A stretch of DNA of 64,000 nt from Octopus vulgaris (GCA_951406725.2 OX597816.1:57288001-57352000), one strand, 5' to 3'. Positions 11,869-23,917 are shown, numbered from the stretch's first letter. Program-made: numbers and translations. Notes: a model not told the origin generated them from the letters alone.

Positions 11869-12159
11869 GTAAGGGATGCCATGGGGAACTCGTGTATTTT
11901 TGGCACACATACATATAAATTGAAACCATAAACACACCCGCATCTATACACACACTTGTATACACACGCACACATAATCCCATTTTACAAGGCTTTTTGT
12001 CGTTCATCTTGTCTACTTGCTTTCTTTGTGGGTATAACTTCGTTGTGAATCATTTTAGCTTCAGTTAAAATTCTAAATTTGAAAAGTTAACCAAAATCCC
12101 CCCCCCCACAACGAAACTGAGCCGTTTGTCTTAAATGTTCCATGCTTCAGCTACTTAAG

Positions 12160-12414
12160 AGTTGCTGAAGCATGAAGCAGACTGTCGGCATCAGTTGTTA
12201 GTTGTCGGAGCACTGCATCCTTCAAAACTTCCATGCTTCCTGAGATTCGCCAACACTACACCTGATTTTCTCCTCTCCATACACACGCAAGCATGTATCT
12301 GACTCACACACTGTTCGCTTTCCAGACATTTGTACATTACTGCATGTACTTTATATGCACTTTTGACAAGTTGTGGTGCACCCGAGCACTGTATACAATA
12401 ATTTCATTATTATT
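12160..12414 (+). mobile_element. CR1-clade LINE 3' end
   Basis: Encodes a degenerate VAEA(WN)..ASVVSCRSTASFKTSMLPEIRQHYT* typical of CR1 ORF2 ends; the 3' UTR ends in (ATT)n. Confidence 0.7.
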
Positions 12415-12534
12415 AAATATCTGTCTAAAATCGCCACCGATTGCGATCAGTCTCATTCGAAATTTGGGCAATCGATCAACAACTTGTTAGTCTCAAAAAG
12501 TTAAATAATCCGACGGAGGACTACGCTCTTTCCA

Positions 12535-12569
<35 letters not shown>

Positions 12570-12947
12570 GAGTCTGTCTGCGTGTGCGTATATACATATA
12601 GTCTTACTCCTTTTGCTATTAAACAAAGAAGAGCAGATTTACGACACTTCCTGTCACACTGCCAACAACAGGTTGTGTTCTCCCAATTCTTCAAACATGA
12701 AAATCTACGTTATATTTTGGGGTATTTTCTATTTCTATTATAGCATCCACCACCAATTCTCATTAAGAATACGGCTTTCATGTTCAGCCCGAATAAAACA
12801 ATGAGCTTAATTTCTGGCAACCTTAGATTCTTTCTTATATTCCACAAAGTAAGAATGAGTTTGATCTAGAGTTAAGGGTCTTATCTAAGATCACAACGCA
12901 ATGTTTTCTGTTGGATACGATCTCATAATGCTTGGTTTTCTTAATTA

Positions 12948-13011
12948 AAATCCGTAACTAAATTTCCCCTCAATGATGCAAATCCGTAACTAAATTTCCC
13001 CTCAATGATGC
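12948..13011. repeat. Perfect 32-bp tandem duplication
   Basis: aaatccgtaactaaatttcccctcaatgatgc x2. Confidence 0.95.
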
Positions 13012-13779
13012 TTGTGGAAACAAAATATCCACCCATCTCTACTGTATGATTTTTAAATGCTAGATAACTGTAGAGATTTTTTAGATCTTTTCTTAAACTA
13101 AAAACGAAATAGATAATTTGAAATGCTCACTTTTTTTCTTTCTTTTTTTTTTTTTTTGTAATCAGGCAATTAACGTTCAATGTGTAAGAAAGAGGTTTGT
13201 TGTTGCTAATTGTTAAATAATTAAAATACAAAATAATTGGTAGATTTGTAAATATTATAATGTGATGGAAATATGTGCGATAATTTCTGTAACAGGTAAG
13301 GCCAATTGTGTAATTAAAAGGTTTAAAGTTCGCGCCCACCACGCAGCATCCGGAGAGGGTATCTTTTACAATAGTTTCGGGTTCACCAAAACCTCGTGGA
13401 TAAAATTTTATAGAGAAACGATGTATGGATGCCCGTCAGTGAGAGAACTGGTGCTGTCGGATAGTAATCTTCATCCGTCGCCTGATTGAATAACACAACC
13501 AGGCTTCTTGTATGAAGAAAACTTTCTCCCGTCAGCATCGAAGGCTCTGAAAGAAGGATAAACGTGCTGTCGTTTCTCATCTCAATAATCTATGGAAATG
13601 ACACAATTAATGAAACCTCAGACATACCACCACATGTAGGACTGTGAGTTAATAATGGTAGAAAAACGTGGAGAGATTTGAGTGAGTGATGCAGAGACAT
13701 GTAGGACTGTAGGTGAGTCATATATTTCAGCTTATAAACTGCCACCATCTTGCCGCCTTTTCAGATATGTGTATAACTA

Positions 13780-13850
<71 letters not shown>

Positions 13851-15044
13851 ATATGTAAAAAATACAAACTGGGACAAGAACGCAAAACATTTAGAAGACG
13901 ATACAAAAAACACGGACGGGACATTCAAAGCCTTCAATCTTCAGTCAAGAACCGGATCATCCTTGCAATTTCGGCTGATTAATCTTGAGATTGCTCCGAC
14001 CTGGCCAGCCCCAAAGGAAAATCCAAGCCAAGGCAGATAAAAGAAAACTGGGGAAAAACAACCAAAGTCAATTAGGCGTACGCAGAGAATATATATTTGG
14101 TTGAGGCTCAGTGTAAAGTTTTAGATGGTAAAATAAGAGCGGAAATGACGCTTCGAGCATGGATCTTCGTCCAGAGAGGAGAAGGAAGGAGCAGATAATC
14201 CAGGGAAAGCATATATTATGAGTGTGGCGGGGTATATCTGTACGTGTGTCTATGTAAATATGTATTATACAGACAGCTGGACGCCTCTGTGGTTTATTAA
14301 ACGTTCTAGAAATAACATCCAAATCATCCTCATATAGGCTACCGTCTTAAAAGAATAACATTATATAATGTAGTCCTAGCTACACTACACTACGCCTGGA
14401 AATAAAGTTGGCGGTGGTCATAGCTGGAATGACCATTGATTGTAGAGCTTCTGGATGAGCGCTGACCTGGGGCTAAACGGCATCAATCACCAAAGAGGAC
14501 TCGGTGCTTGTTCGGTAATCAAATAGTCATATTGTGTGTGTATGTATGTGTGTGTGTGTTATAAGAGTTGTTTCCTGGTTATTGCAATTGTTAGTCTCTC
14601 TCTCTCTCTCTCTCTCTTTCTCATCGCAATAGATGTAATCATTATGCCGTCCCCTACCCCCATCCACTTTCATATCACATCATGTTTTCTCTCAGTGCAT
14701 TCATTTATGGTTTATCGCAATCTCCTCCTCCTGCTGCTGTTGTTGTTGTTGTTGTTTATTTACACCCATCCCATCTGACTTGTTGATGAAATACACTCTA
14801 ACATATTCATTTTCAAGTTTCTCTTCCTGAAACGGTGACTTTCATTTTACAGCAAAGTTGTTGTTGCAATTATTATTTAAAGTGTCTAATTTCCTAATAA
14901 CAACGTTGCTCTACTAAACTCGTGTCCTGTCATGAGAGAAAAGGTCTTGTTGATACGCGTCGACATTATTATGCCTTCAAACACTCACACTTCCATCTAT
15001 ATACGAGACCAGTGTATGTGCAAATTTATATATGTATATACATA

Positions 15045-15256
15045 GGCGGCGAGCTGGTAGAAACGTTAACACGCCGGGCGAAATTCGTAGCAGTATTTCG
15101 TCTGTCGTTACGTTCCCTGTTCAAATTCCGCCGAGGTTGACTTTGCCTTTCATCCTTTCGGGGTCCATAAATTAAGTACCAGTTACGCACTTAATCCCTT
15201 TGTCTGTCCTTGTTTGTCCCCTCTATGTTTAGCCCCTTGTGGGTAGTAAAGAAATA
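15045..15256 (+). mobile_element. SINE family B (Tx1-like tail)
   Basis: Head ggcggcgagctgg, B box gttcaaattc, Nin/Deu-like gcctttcatcctttcggggtc, tail agccccttgtgggtagtaaagaaata; flanked by tatatacayaggc. Confidence 0.85.
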
Positions 15257-15266
15257 TATATACACA

Positions 15267-15673
15267 GGCACAGGCGTTGCTGTGTGGTAAGAAGCTTGCT
15301 TACCAACCACATGGTCGCGGGTTCAGTCCCACTGCGTGGCACCTGGGGCAAGTGTCTTTTGCTATAGCCTCGGGCCGACCAAAGTCTCGTCAGTGGATTT
15401 GTTAGACGGAAACTAAAAGAAACTCGTCGTATATATTTTATATATATATGTATATATTTGTGTGTCTGTGTTTGTCCCCCTCCCCATTCCCACCATCGCT
15501 TGACAACCGTTGTTTGTGTGTCAATTAGGCCTACGCAGAGACTTAGCGGTTCGTCAAAAACAACCAACGGAATAAGTGCTAGGCTTACAAAGAATAAGTC
15601 CTGTAATCGATTTGCTCGACTAAAGGCAATGTTCCAGCATGGCCGCATTCAAATAACTGAAACAAGTAAAAGA
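15267..15673 (+). mobile_element. SINE family A
   Basis: Full A layout. Confidence 0.9.
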
Positions 15674-15834
15674 ATATATTATGTGTGTGAGTGTGCAGAC
15701 AAGTTTGTGTGTGTGTATGATTTTATATACCTAAATTCGGGGTCGTTTAGTTGAAAAGTAACGAGCGCTCAACCGGAATTTAAGAGATACAGAGTTCGGT
15801 TCTCCGCAGTGGTTTTCTGGTCACTTTTCTTTAT

Positions 15835-16670
15835 AGGCGCAGGTGTGGCTGTGTGTCAAGAAGCTTGCTTCCCAACCACATGACTTTGGGTTCAGTCCCA
15901 TTGCATGACACCTTGGGCAAGTGTCTTCTTCTTGCTTCGGGCTGACTAAAGCCTTGTGAGTGGATTTGGCACGCGGAAACCAGAACCCCTTCGCGCGCGT
16001 GCGTGTGTGCTCGAATGCGCACTGCTAGTGTAGTGAATGGGAAAAGCTTGGTTTGCAATGTTTGCAGTTGTGTATGTTTGTCAAGAGCAGGGCTCGTTAG
16101 CCACCAACATAGCTGCAAATGCAAAATATAAGTTAGTCCTAGAGCGCATAATGTTCCTGAAGGCCAAGGGCTATTACTGTGCGTAAAAGCCACATGCTTT
16201 AATGGAACTCTAAAGTCTTACTATTTCAATAAGTATACGCATGCTTATATTGGATATATATATATATAATGTCCAAAAAGGACAACAAACACAAAAAAAA
16301 TACAACAACGGGAGAACGTGATACATGTAAATTATTAACAGACGCTCAGGGAAGGAAAGAAAGATGGTTTAACGTTTCGGGCAGACGCTCTTCTTCGGAA
16401 ACAAAGGCAAGTCCAATAGAAGGGAAAACGGAGGAAGAAAATCGCCAGTGTGTGTGTGTGTGTGTGTCTTTGTGTGTGTGTGTCCCCCCCCCACCAACTG
16501 ACAGCCGGTGTTGATGTTTTTACATCCTCGTAAATTAGCGATTCGGTAAAAGAATAAGTACCATATCGATGGAACTAGTACTGGGATCGATGCATCGACT
16601 AAAATTCTTCATGGCGGTGCCCCAGTATGGCTGCTGTCTGAATGGCTGAAACGAGTAAAAGACAAAAATA
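15835..16670 (+). mobile_element. SINE family A split by insertions (head 15835-15990, tail 16449-16670)
   Basis: Head and tail halves are collinear with the family consensus, separated at the internal microsatellite. Confidence 0.7.
16367..16402 (-). ncRNA. Minimal hammerhead ribozyme variant within a (TA)n-abutting element (about 16269-16447)
   Basis: Minus strand GUUU-CCGAAGA-A-GAGC(GUCU)GCCC-GAAA-CG-UU-AAAC: stem I GUUU/AAAC, U4C core change, one stem II mismatch. Confidence 0.6.
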
Positions 16671-16686
16671 AAGAAAATGTAGTCGG

Positions 16687-17304
16687 AGATCTTTGTGGTT
16701 TTCGTCACGGTTTACAATTCTGTTCCAGTTATTTTCAAATTTGGTTTATGGATTAAGTTTTGTAGACTAATTATAAAAATGAAAATAATTTTTCCTATAA
16801 ATCCATAATTAAAGTGTTATTAGCGTTTAAAATTTCCAAAATTTGGTTATTTTAGTCAATCAGAAGCGAGTATTTTAGACATCACCGTGGCGAAGAAGTA
16901 TGTTTCTATAGTAACCAAAGCAAAGAAGCACCACTTGCTCCATAGCTGATTGCGAAGAACTCTGTTTCCACAGCAACCAAAGATACTGCGCATGCGCACA
17001 AGGAGTGTAACTACCATTTGTTTCATAACAGATGGAACTCACACTCGACTATTTTAGTTTAATGTTTTGACATGCCGATGCCCCGCACTCCCACCCGATG
17101 ATGGAAGAGGCAGCGAACGTGCTGTTTTCTGATTGGCTGAAAATTTTGAACATTATCAAACCTTGAACACCTGTAACATTTTTGCTAAATTTTTCTGGAA
17201 TAATGAACAAATTTGGATTTAGCTTCAAAAATTACATCTCTGTGATACATTAAACAATTTTTTTTAAAGATTATTGTAAACAGTGACGAAGACCACAAAG
17301 AACT
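16687..17304. mobile_element. MITE, Merlin-like (8-bp TSD)
   Basis: TIRs agatctttgtggttttcgtcacggtttacaat / attgtaaacagtgacgaagaccacaaagaact; TSD gtagtcgg (16679-16686, 17305-17312). Confidence 0.85.
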
Positions 17305-17790
17305 GTAGTCGGTTTTAAAGCTTTATATAACGTACACGTGTTTCAGAAGACCGACAAACATTAAATCGATAAGCATAAAACTTCTATTATAAATGACGCC
17401 AGAACCATTTATCAACATCACTCGGGAAAATATACTTCAGAATCACTTTTTACAAACTACGCCTCATCCCCTCCTATGAAAACAAAAAAAAAAAAAAGCC
17501 ACCGAATTATTTCAAACCGAAACTTATTCTTTCATTTGTTTACTTCATTTGACTGCGACCTTGCTGGAGCACCGCCTTTAGTCGAACGAATCGACCCCAA
17601 GACTTATTCTTTGTAAGTTTAGTACTTATTCTATCGGACACTTTTGCCGAACCACGAAGTTACACACCAACATCAGTTGACAAGCGATGGTGGGTGAGGG
17701 CAAACACAGACACACAAAATATCTATATCTAGCTTGACCGCTAAATCCACAAGTTGTTTATATTCTCTCTCTGTTTATTTTCTCTTATTC

Positions 17791-17826
17791 CTTTCTCTTG
17801 AAGAACATAGGCTCGAAACGTATAAG
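17791..17826 (+). ncRNA. Degenerate hammerhead motif in Penelope-like fragment (about 17730-17916)
   Basis: CTTT-CTCTTGA-A-GAAC-ATAG-GCTC-GAAA-CG-TA-TAAG; homologous to the 18008 copy but with core and stem mutations. Confidence 0.4.
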
Positions 17827-17908
17827 ACTTTGTCACTTTTCCGAACGTCAAACTAATACACCTACTTGTTGATCATACGCCTGTCTTCGTCTTTTGTTTT
17901 TCTATAAT

Positions 17909-17972
<64 letters not shown>

Positions 17973-18007
17973 GCATTTTTTTCTCTCCTTGTTTTTTTTT
18001 CTGTGTA

Positions 18008-18045
18008 TCTTTCTGTCGAAGAGCGTAGGCTCGAAACGTAAAAGA
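18008..18045 (+). ncRNA. Minimal hammerhead ribozyme variant (A6U core) in Penelope-like fragment (about 17972-18137)
   Basis: UCUUU-CUGUCGA-A-GAGC(GUAG)GCUC-GAAA-CG-UA-AAAGA: perfect stems I and II, ACGU palindrome, GUA triplet. Confidence 0.6.
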
Positions 18046-18133
18046 CTTTTTCTATTCCTGAGCGCTATACTAATATATTTGTTTGTTTGTACTCCACCTG
18101 CCTTCGTCTTTTGTTTATTTTCGTAAGCTTTCC

Positions 18134-18186
<53 letters not shown>

Positions 18187-18899
18187 CAAAATAAGCAACA
18201 GGATATCAAGAAGTGATTCAGTACGACCGTTTCAAGCTGCTCCATTTAATTGAACAATGTAATCATTACATCAATTCAAATGCAGGGCTATTACCAGCTG
18301 CACAAATGAATAGAATTTTAACCAGTCGGACATAATAATATAATTTTACTCAAATACTTCAACAGAGCAAGAAGATGGAAGAAATCCATGTTGTTGCTAT
18401 TGTAGCTAAGAATATACTACACTTCCAAGAAAGGCATGAAACTTATATACGACGGGATTTTTTTCAGTTTCAGTCTACCAAATCCACACACAAGGCTTTG
18501 GTCGGCCCGAGGCTATAGTAGAAAACACCTGCCCAAGGTGCCACACAGATATTTACATGGGTTGAAGTGCTTCCTTACATTTAACTTTTATAGAAAGTAA
18601 AGAAGAAGATAAAGACTTATACAATGAAATTATCTTGGACCTTGGTACACCGTCAGTTTATGTTATTGCTTACTAATAACGCAATGTCCCATTTACATTC
18701 TAGTCCCAAAACAGGCCTTTTTTAAGTGTGTTTAAATATAAATATTGCACAAAGAAGCACAACAGCCTCACTAAACAACCAGGGCCCCGCCTTAGCACTG
18801 CCTTGTAAGCTTACAGCAGCCCCCAAAGATATGTTCTCGCTCAGGTTAAAAAATACTGTTTTCAAGTTATGAAGCATGCGACCTGTTGTTAACCACAAA

Positions 18900-19020
18900 C
18901 CTAGGTACTCTCTTATCTTCAGAGTACACTATTAACTAGTACTCTCTTCTCCTCGCATCTCAGATTTAGTACTCCCTTCTCCTCACAGTAAACTAAAAGT
19001 ACTCCTTTCTTCTCATAGCA
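18900..19020. repeat. Degenerate about 30-bp-period tandem repeat (agtactcycttctcctc)
   Basis: Four diverged units. Confidence 0.6.
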
Positions 19021-19877
19021 CACCCAACGTTAATATTCCCTTCACCCGAAACTTTCTACTATATTAATATCATCTGAAACTCTGAAACTCTAGTTATTGT
19101 TGACTGTGTTAGATTAAAAATTACTGTTAAAAGTTTCTAATTATTTATGGATGGCAGCTGGTCTGATGGGAAAGGCGGTGAGTGTTTCATCTTGTCTGGG
19201 CAGCTCTTTCTACATTATGGATTCAAAACGTTTAAAGTCAGGTAACTGAAAACACACCTGGTTTTTGGGTGGCCACACCTGCTTTTTAGGTGCCTCCACC
19301 TGCGTTTTGAGCGTCTTTATATGTCTTTATATGTTTTGAGGTCACAAATCATTAACAATAACGCTTGTTTCAGCTTTCCATCAAACCAGAAGCTCTCAGA
19401 AACGCACTTCAAATACTGTTTCTGGGAGCTTCCGTATAACTTGGGGAAGAACAAATATCACAGCGTATCCTGTTGGAAAAAATCACCTGGGTGTTAGTTC
19501 TCCCGCCAATGTTTACATGCTTCGCCATAACATAACAGAATAATTTCCGTCTACCAAGTTTCACTCACAAGATATTGGTCAAACCGAAGCTTTGGATGAA
19601 GGAGGTGCATAAGGTGCCGCAGAATGAGACAGAACACTGGGCCAGGTGGTCAGGTACGCACTTGTTAACCACACAATTGCCCGTGTATCTTTGGTAGGGT
19701 TCACTCTGTTGCTAACATTGGAACTAGACATCCGCGTTCCTCCCTATCACTGACACATGCAGACGTTTAAGGGTCTGAGTTACTTTAATCAGACCCACCA
19801 ATCGATTGGGAGGGGATGACATCTGCAAATGTGATGGAATCTTTCCTCCATCTGTAATTAACTTTGAAAATGAAACT

Positions 19878-20150
19878 GGCATTCCGTCGGTTGCGACGCC
19901 GATCAACGGAACAACCAGCTCGTGAAATCAACGTGCAAGTGGCTGAGTACTCCACAGACAGGTGTACCCTCAACGTAGTTCTCAGAGAGATCCAGAGTGA
20001 CGCAGGATGTGGCAAGGCTGTCCTCTTTTGAATTATAGATACAACTCATTTTTGTCAGCTGAGTAGACTGGAGGAACTCAAGGAGCAACGCACTGCCGAG
20101 AATCGAACTCATGACCTTACGATCGTAAGCCGAATGCCCTGACCACTAAA
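19878..20150 (-). mobile_element. SINE family C
   Basis: ggcattccgtcggttgcgacg...gagaatcgaactcatgaccttacgatcg...gaccactaa. Confidence 0.85.
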
Positions 20151-20196
20151 GCTATTGAATCTAAACTACTGATCAATATGCTCTAATAGTGAGAAT

Positions 20197-20395
20197 GGAG
20201 GTGCGTGGCTTAGTGGTTAGGGTGTTGGACTCATGATCCTAAGACTGATTTCTTGAACAAAACACTTCATTTCACGCTGCTCCCGTCCACTCAGCTGGCA
20301 AAAACGAGTCAACCTGCGACGGACTAGCGTCCCATCCAGGTGGGGAATCTATACGCCATTGAAACCAGGAAAGTGGCCCTCATAAGCCTGCCTCG
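20197..20395 (+). mobile_element. SINE family C head with alternative 3' part
   Basis: gtgcgtggcttagtggttaggg A box, ttgaacaaaacacttcatttcacg...ccactcagctggc, then gacggactagcgtcccatccagg. Confidence 0.75.
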
Positions 20396-20824
20396 CGAAG
20401 GAAGCATTTGTTTATTTATCGAATAGTGAGGCCATTTCTAAATATAGCTTTCGATCCTTTGACACGTAATGGTTACAAGTAGTGAACAGATTTAATTTAA
20501 TTCACTTTCATTCACACTGATTTCTATGCAACACTCCGATAGTTACCCTGCATAATTAATGAGGTCGAATTTCATTTCTCGGTTAGATACCCTTCAGCAA
20601 ATACTCCTTCAATCTAAGTTAATTCTCACTCAAGCTTATCGGATTAATTCAAACAATATCCTTCAATCCAGAATATAGAACGGGAGGAAATTCTTTTTCT
20701 CATTATACTTTAATATGTATAAAACGTGTATGAGTGGACGACATCTAAAGAAATGGTGCTTTAAACTTCGCTTAATATCCAAATGCAAAAAATAAAATGA
20801 ACATGTTAAAAAATGTTTGATATA

Positions 20825-20970
20825 GGCGCAGGCATGGTTATGTGGTAAGAAACTTGCTTCTCAGCCACATGGTTCCGGGTTCAGTCCCACTGCGTGGCAC
20901 TTTGGGCAAGTGTCTTCTACTATATCTCCGAGCCGACCAAAGCCTTGCGGGAACTGAAAGAATCCCGTAT

Positions 20971-21001
<31 letters not shown>

Positions 21002-21190
21002 TTGTCCCCCCCCCCACCTCGCTTGACAACCGCTGTTGGTGTGTTTACGTCACGGTGACTTAGCGGTTCGGCAAAAACAGACCGATAGAATAAGTATTAG
21101 GCTTAGAAAAAATGTCCTGGGGTCGATTTGTTCGACTAAAGGTGGTGCTCCAACATGGCCGCAGTCAAATGACTGAAACAAGTAAAATAA
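20825..21190 (+). mobile_element. SINE family A
   Basis: Full A layout. Confidence 0.9.
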
Positions 21191-21419
21191 AATAAAATTA
21201 AATAAATAAATAAATATGAAAGCCAAACTCGATTAAGTTGTGTGTTTATAAATGAAATGTATGTGCATCCATACTTTTCAACAAAACCCAGATGTTTTCC
21301 ATGAACAGCTGAGAAATATCAGAAAGGCTACGAAATTCTGTTTACAGAGAGAAAAACTCCCAACCAAGGTCATTATCATTCTTCACGTTAATAAATGATT
21401 AAATATTCTGAATCCGAAC

Positions 21420-21791
21420 CCGAAATTTTGGGGGAGAGGTCCAGTCGATTAGATCGACTCCGGTACGCAACTGGTATTTAATTTATCAACCCCCGAAAGG
21501 ATGAAAGGCAAAGTCGACCTCGGTGGAATTTGAACTCAGAACATAAAGGCAGACGAAATACCTATTTCTTTACTACCCACAAGGAGCTAAGCACAGAGGG
21601 GACAAACAAGGACAGACAAACGGATTAAGTCGATGATATCGACCCCAGTGCGTAATTGGTACTTATTTAATAGACTCCGAAAAGAGGAAAGGCAAAGTCG
21701 ACCCCGGCGGAATTTGAACTCAGAACGTAATGGCAGACGAAATACCGCTAAGCATTTCGTCCGGCTAACCTTTCTGCCAGCTCGCCGCCTT
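21420..21791 (-). mobile_element. SINE family B, dimeric form
   Basis: Head-body-Tx1-like tail, then a second body restarting at ggtatttcgtctg and ending in the cccccaaaatttc tail. Confidence 0.85.
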
Positions 21792-22589
21792 CATCTGTCT
21801 GTATTTTATTGTATTGTTATCTTTGAGCGCCCAAACCTCCAGAGTTTGGGTTAATCCGCAGGAAATCTATTATATCAAATAAATTTAACTGCTATTTATA
21901 AGTCTAAGTCTTCCGAGAGCCTCGCTCTGATCCAACAACTTGAGAAATAACCTTAGTCAAAAACCTAAACATCTGTCATCATTATATCTGTGCGGCGCCA
22001 TTATGAATGCAGTGGGGAGAGGCGGTGAGTGACGGTAGAAAATGCCTAGGGACTTCGTCTGCATGAAAACTAAACAGGGGAGATCAGTTGTAACATAGCG
22101 TAGTTTGTTGAGAAATTTTAATTACAAATACACCTAATATAGGGAGAGATATCATTAGCTTAAGGGTTCATTAGGATCAAGAATGACAGACGGAAACAAC
22201 GATTTTTAAGTAGCGAGGAATAACATATAAAAAGTGAGGCAATAAACCTCCCTTATTTGACAGACTGACAAACGTTTTAGATGCAAACGCAAGGGATGCT
22301 CCCTTTTAAATGTTGATGGTAAATGAAAGGAAACCAGTAAGACATTTGCTATCTGAAGACAGCATTACCATTTGCCTAACTTTATTGGCGCCACATCAAT
22401 GACGGTGTCAAAGACGGGAGGTTTCTTTTCGTCTGCCGCACAGTGGAAGATTACGGTATTTTGGGGAATTGGAATGGATAAAATTCAGTCCGAGCTCGAA
22501 ACGTCGCGCCAAGAATATCTTCTGTTGTATTTCCATACAGAATATAGTTCTCAGTCACAGAAGCACCTTCCGCAAAAGCTCTATTTATT

Positions 22590-22828
22590 TCTCTCTCTAT
22601 CCGCTCAGTCGAAGTCGACTCTCGGTCACTCGTTGGATCAGTGTCCTCCAGTCAGTTCTGTCCTGGGCCGCTTCTTTCAGATTGGCTATGTCCATTCCGG
22701 TATCACTCTTGATGGTGTCAAGCCAGGGAGTTCTTGCTCGGCCTCTTCCTCTCTTGCCACTGACCATTCCGAGCATGATCGGTCCATCATATGCCGCTGA
22801 GATCAGAAACCGCTTCGAACTGCTCGCC
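22590..22828 (-). mobile_element. RTE-clade LINE 3' end with 5' inversion
   Basis: Minus strand IMLGMVSGKRGRGRARTPWLDTIKSDTG..LKEAAQDRTDWR..RLSG*, a typical RTE C-terminus; the adjacent plus strand reads YAAEIRNRFELL. Confidence 0.85.
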
Positions 22829-23174
22829 ATTATATACATACATGTCCGTAGATATTTGTATATATGTAGACACAAACACACATATACTCACACGCACACA
22901 CATATATACTCACACGCGCACAGTTGTACACATCCAACTGTGAGTTGTATGTACACGCACTAACATATAATTCTATGTAAATAGGCATTGTGGAACAGTC
23001 CAAATGGACTTTTAAACAATGCCTGGATGCTCTTCTTTCCAGTTTCGTATTCAGCCATCTGATAAGTGCTGCCTGCAATAATTACTGGTACTAAACAGAA
23101 CAAAGAAATGACGATAAAATTCGATCCCAGGTTAAACTACAGGAGTGAGGAAGCCTTTTTTTAATATTTTTATT

Positions 23175-23450
23175 TCTTTGTCATTGGATTACGGCCACGC
23201 TAGAGCAGCGCCTCGGATGGTTTAATCGAAGAAATCGACCGCTGAACTTATTTCTTTTAAGTCTAGTTTTTTTTTATTTTAAGTTACAGAAACGTAAACA
23301 AGCAGTGGACGGGCTTCCACGCAGTTTCCATCTACCAAATTCATTTACAAAACATTGGTCGACCTGGGGCTTATGGTAGAAGTTACGCCGTGGGACTGAA
23401 CCCAAAGCCATGTTGTTGCCAAGCGAGTTTCTTAACCACCAAAGCCATGT
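23175..23450 (-). mobile_element. SINE family A, degenerate
   Basis: cagtttccatctaccaaattc...gggactgaaccc...cttaaccac. Confidence 0.65.
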
Positions 23451-23917
23451 CTCGAGCATATAGAACAGATAGGATTGCAGGTAGTACTCCAGCATGACCT
23501 GACCGTTGCTAGTTACCAGAAATTTAAGACTGAGAGAGAAAGAAAGAGAAAGCACTCTACGCCCATTTACTCTGCACTCTCACTAAACCCTTCTTATTAT
23601 CCCCCACTCTCTCTCTCTCTCTTCTCTCTGTTTCTCTCTCCTTTACGTCATTGTCTATCACTGTTTATTTTTCTCTCCTCCTCCTCCTCTGTTGACATAA
23701 ATTATTCATAGAAACTTAAACAGACTATTTATAACTTCAAACCTTAAGTCTTTCCTCGTAACGAAAATATTTCATTCATAGATGTTTGTGTGTGTGCATA
23801 CAACTCGCAGTTGGATGTGTACAACTGTGTGCATGTGAGTATATATGTGTATGTGTGTGTGTGTGTCTACATATATACAAATATCTTCGGATGTGTATGT
23901 ATATTATATATGCATAC

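Larger units (their letters stand above)
17530..18548 (-). mobile_element. SINE family A expanded by nested insertions in its (TA)n (A parts 17530-17720 and 18447-18548)
   Basis: Both halves match the A consensus on the minus strand. Confidence 0.8.

Noticed and set aside
18900-19020. CRISPR-like repeat-spacer pattern
   Set aside because: Units are degenerate, spacers only about 10 bp, eukaryotic context and no cas genes; it is a decayed minisatellite.
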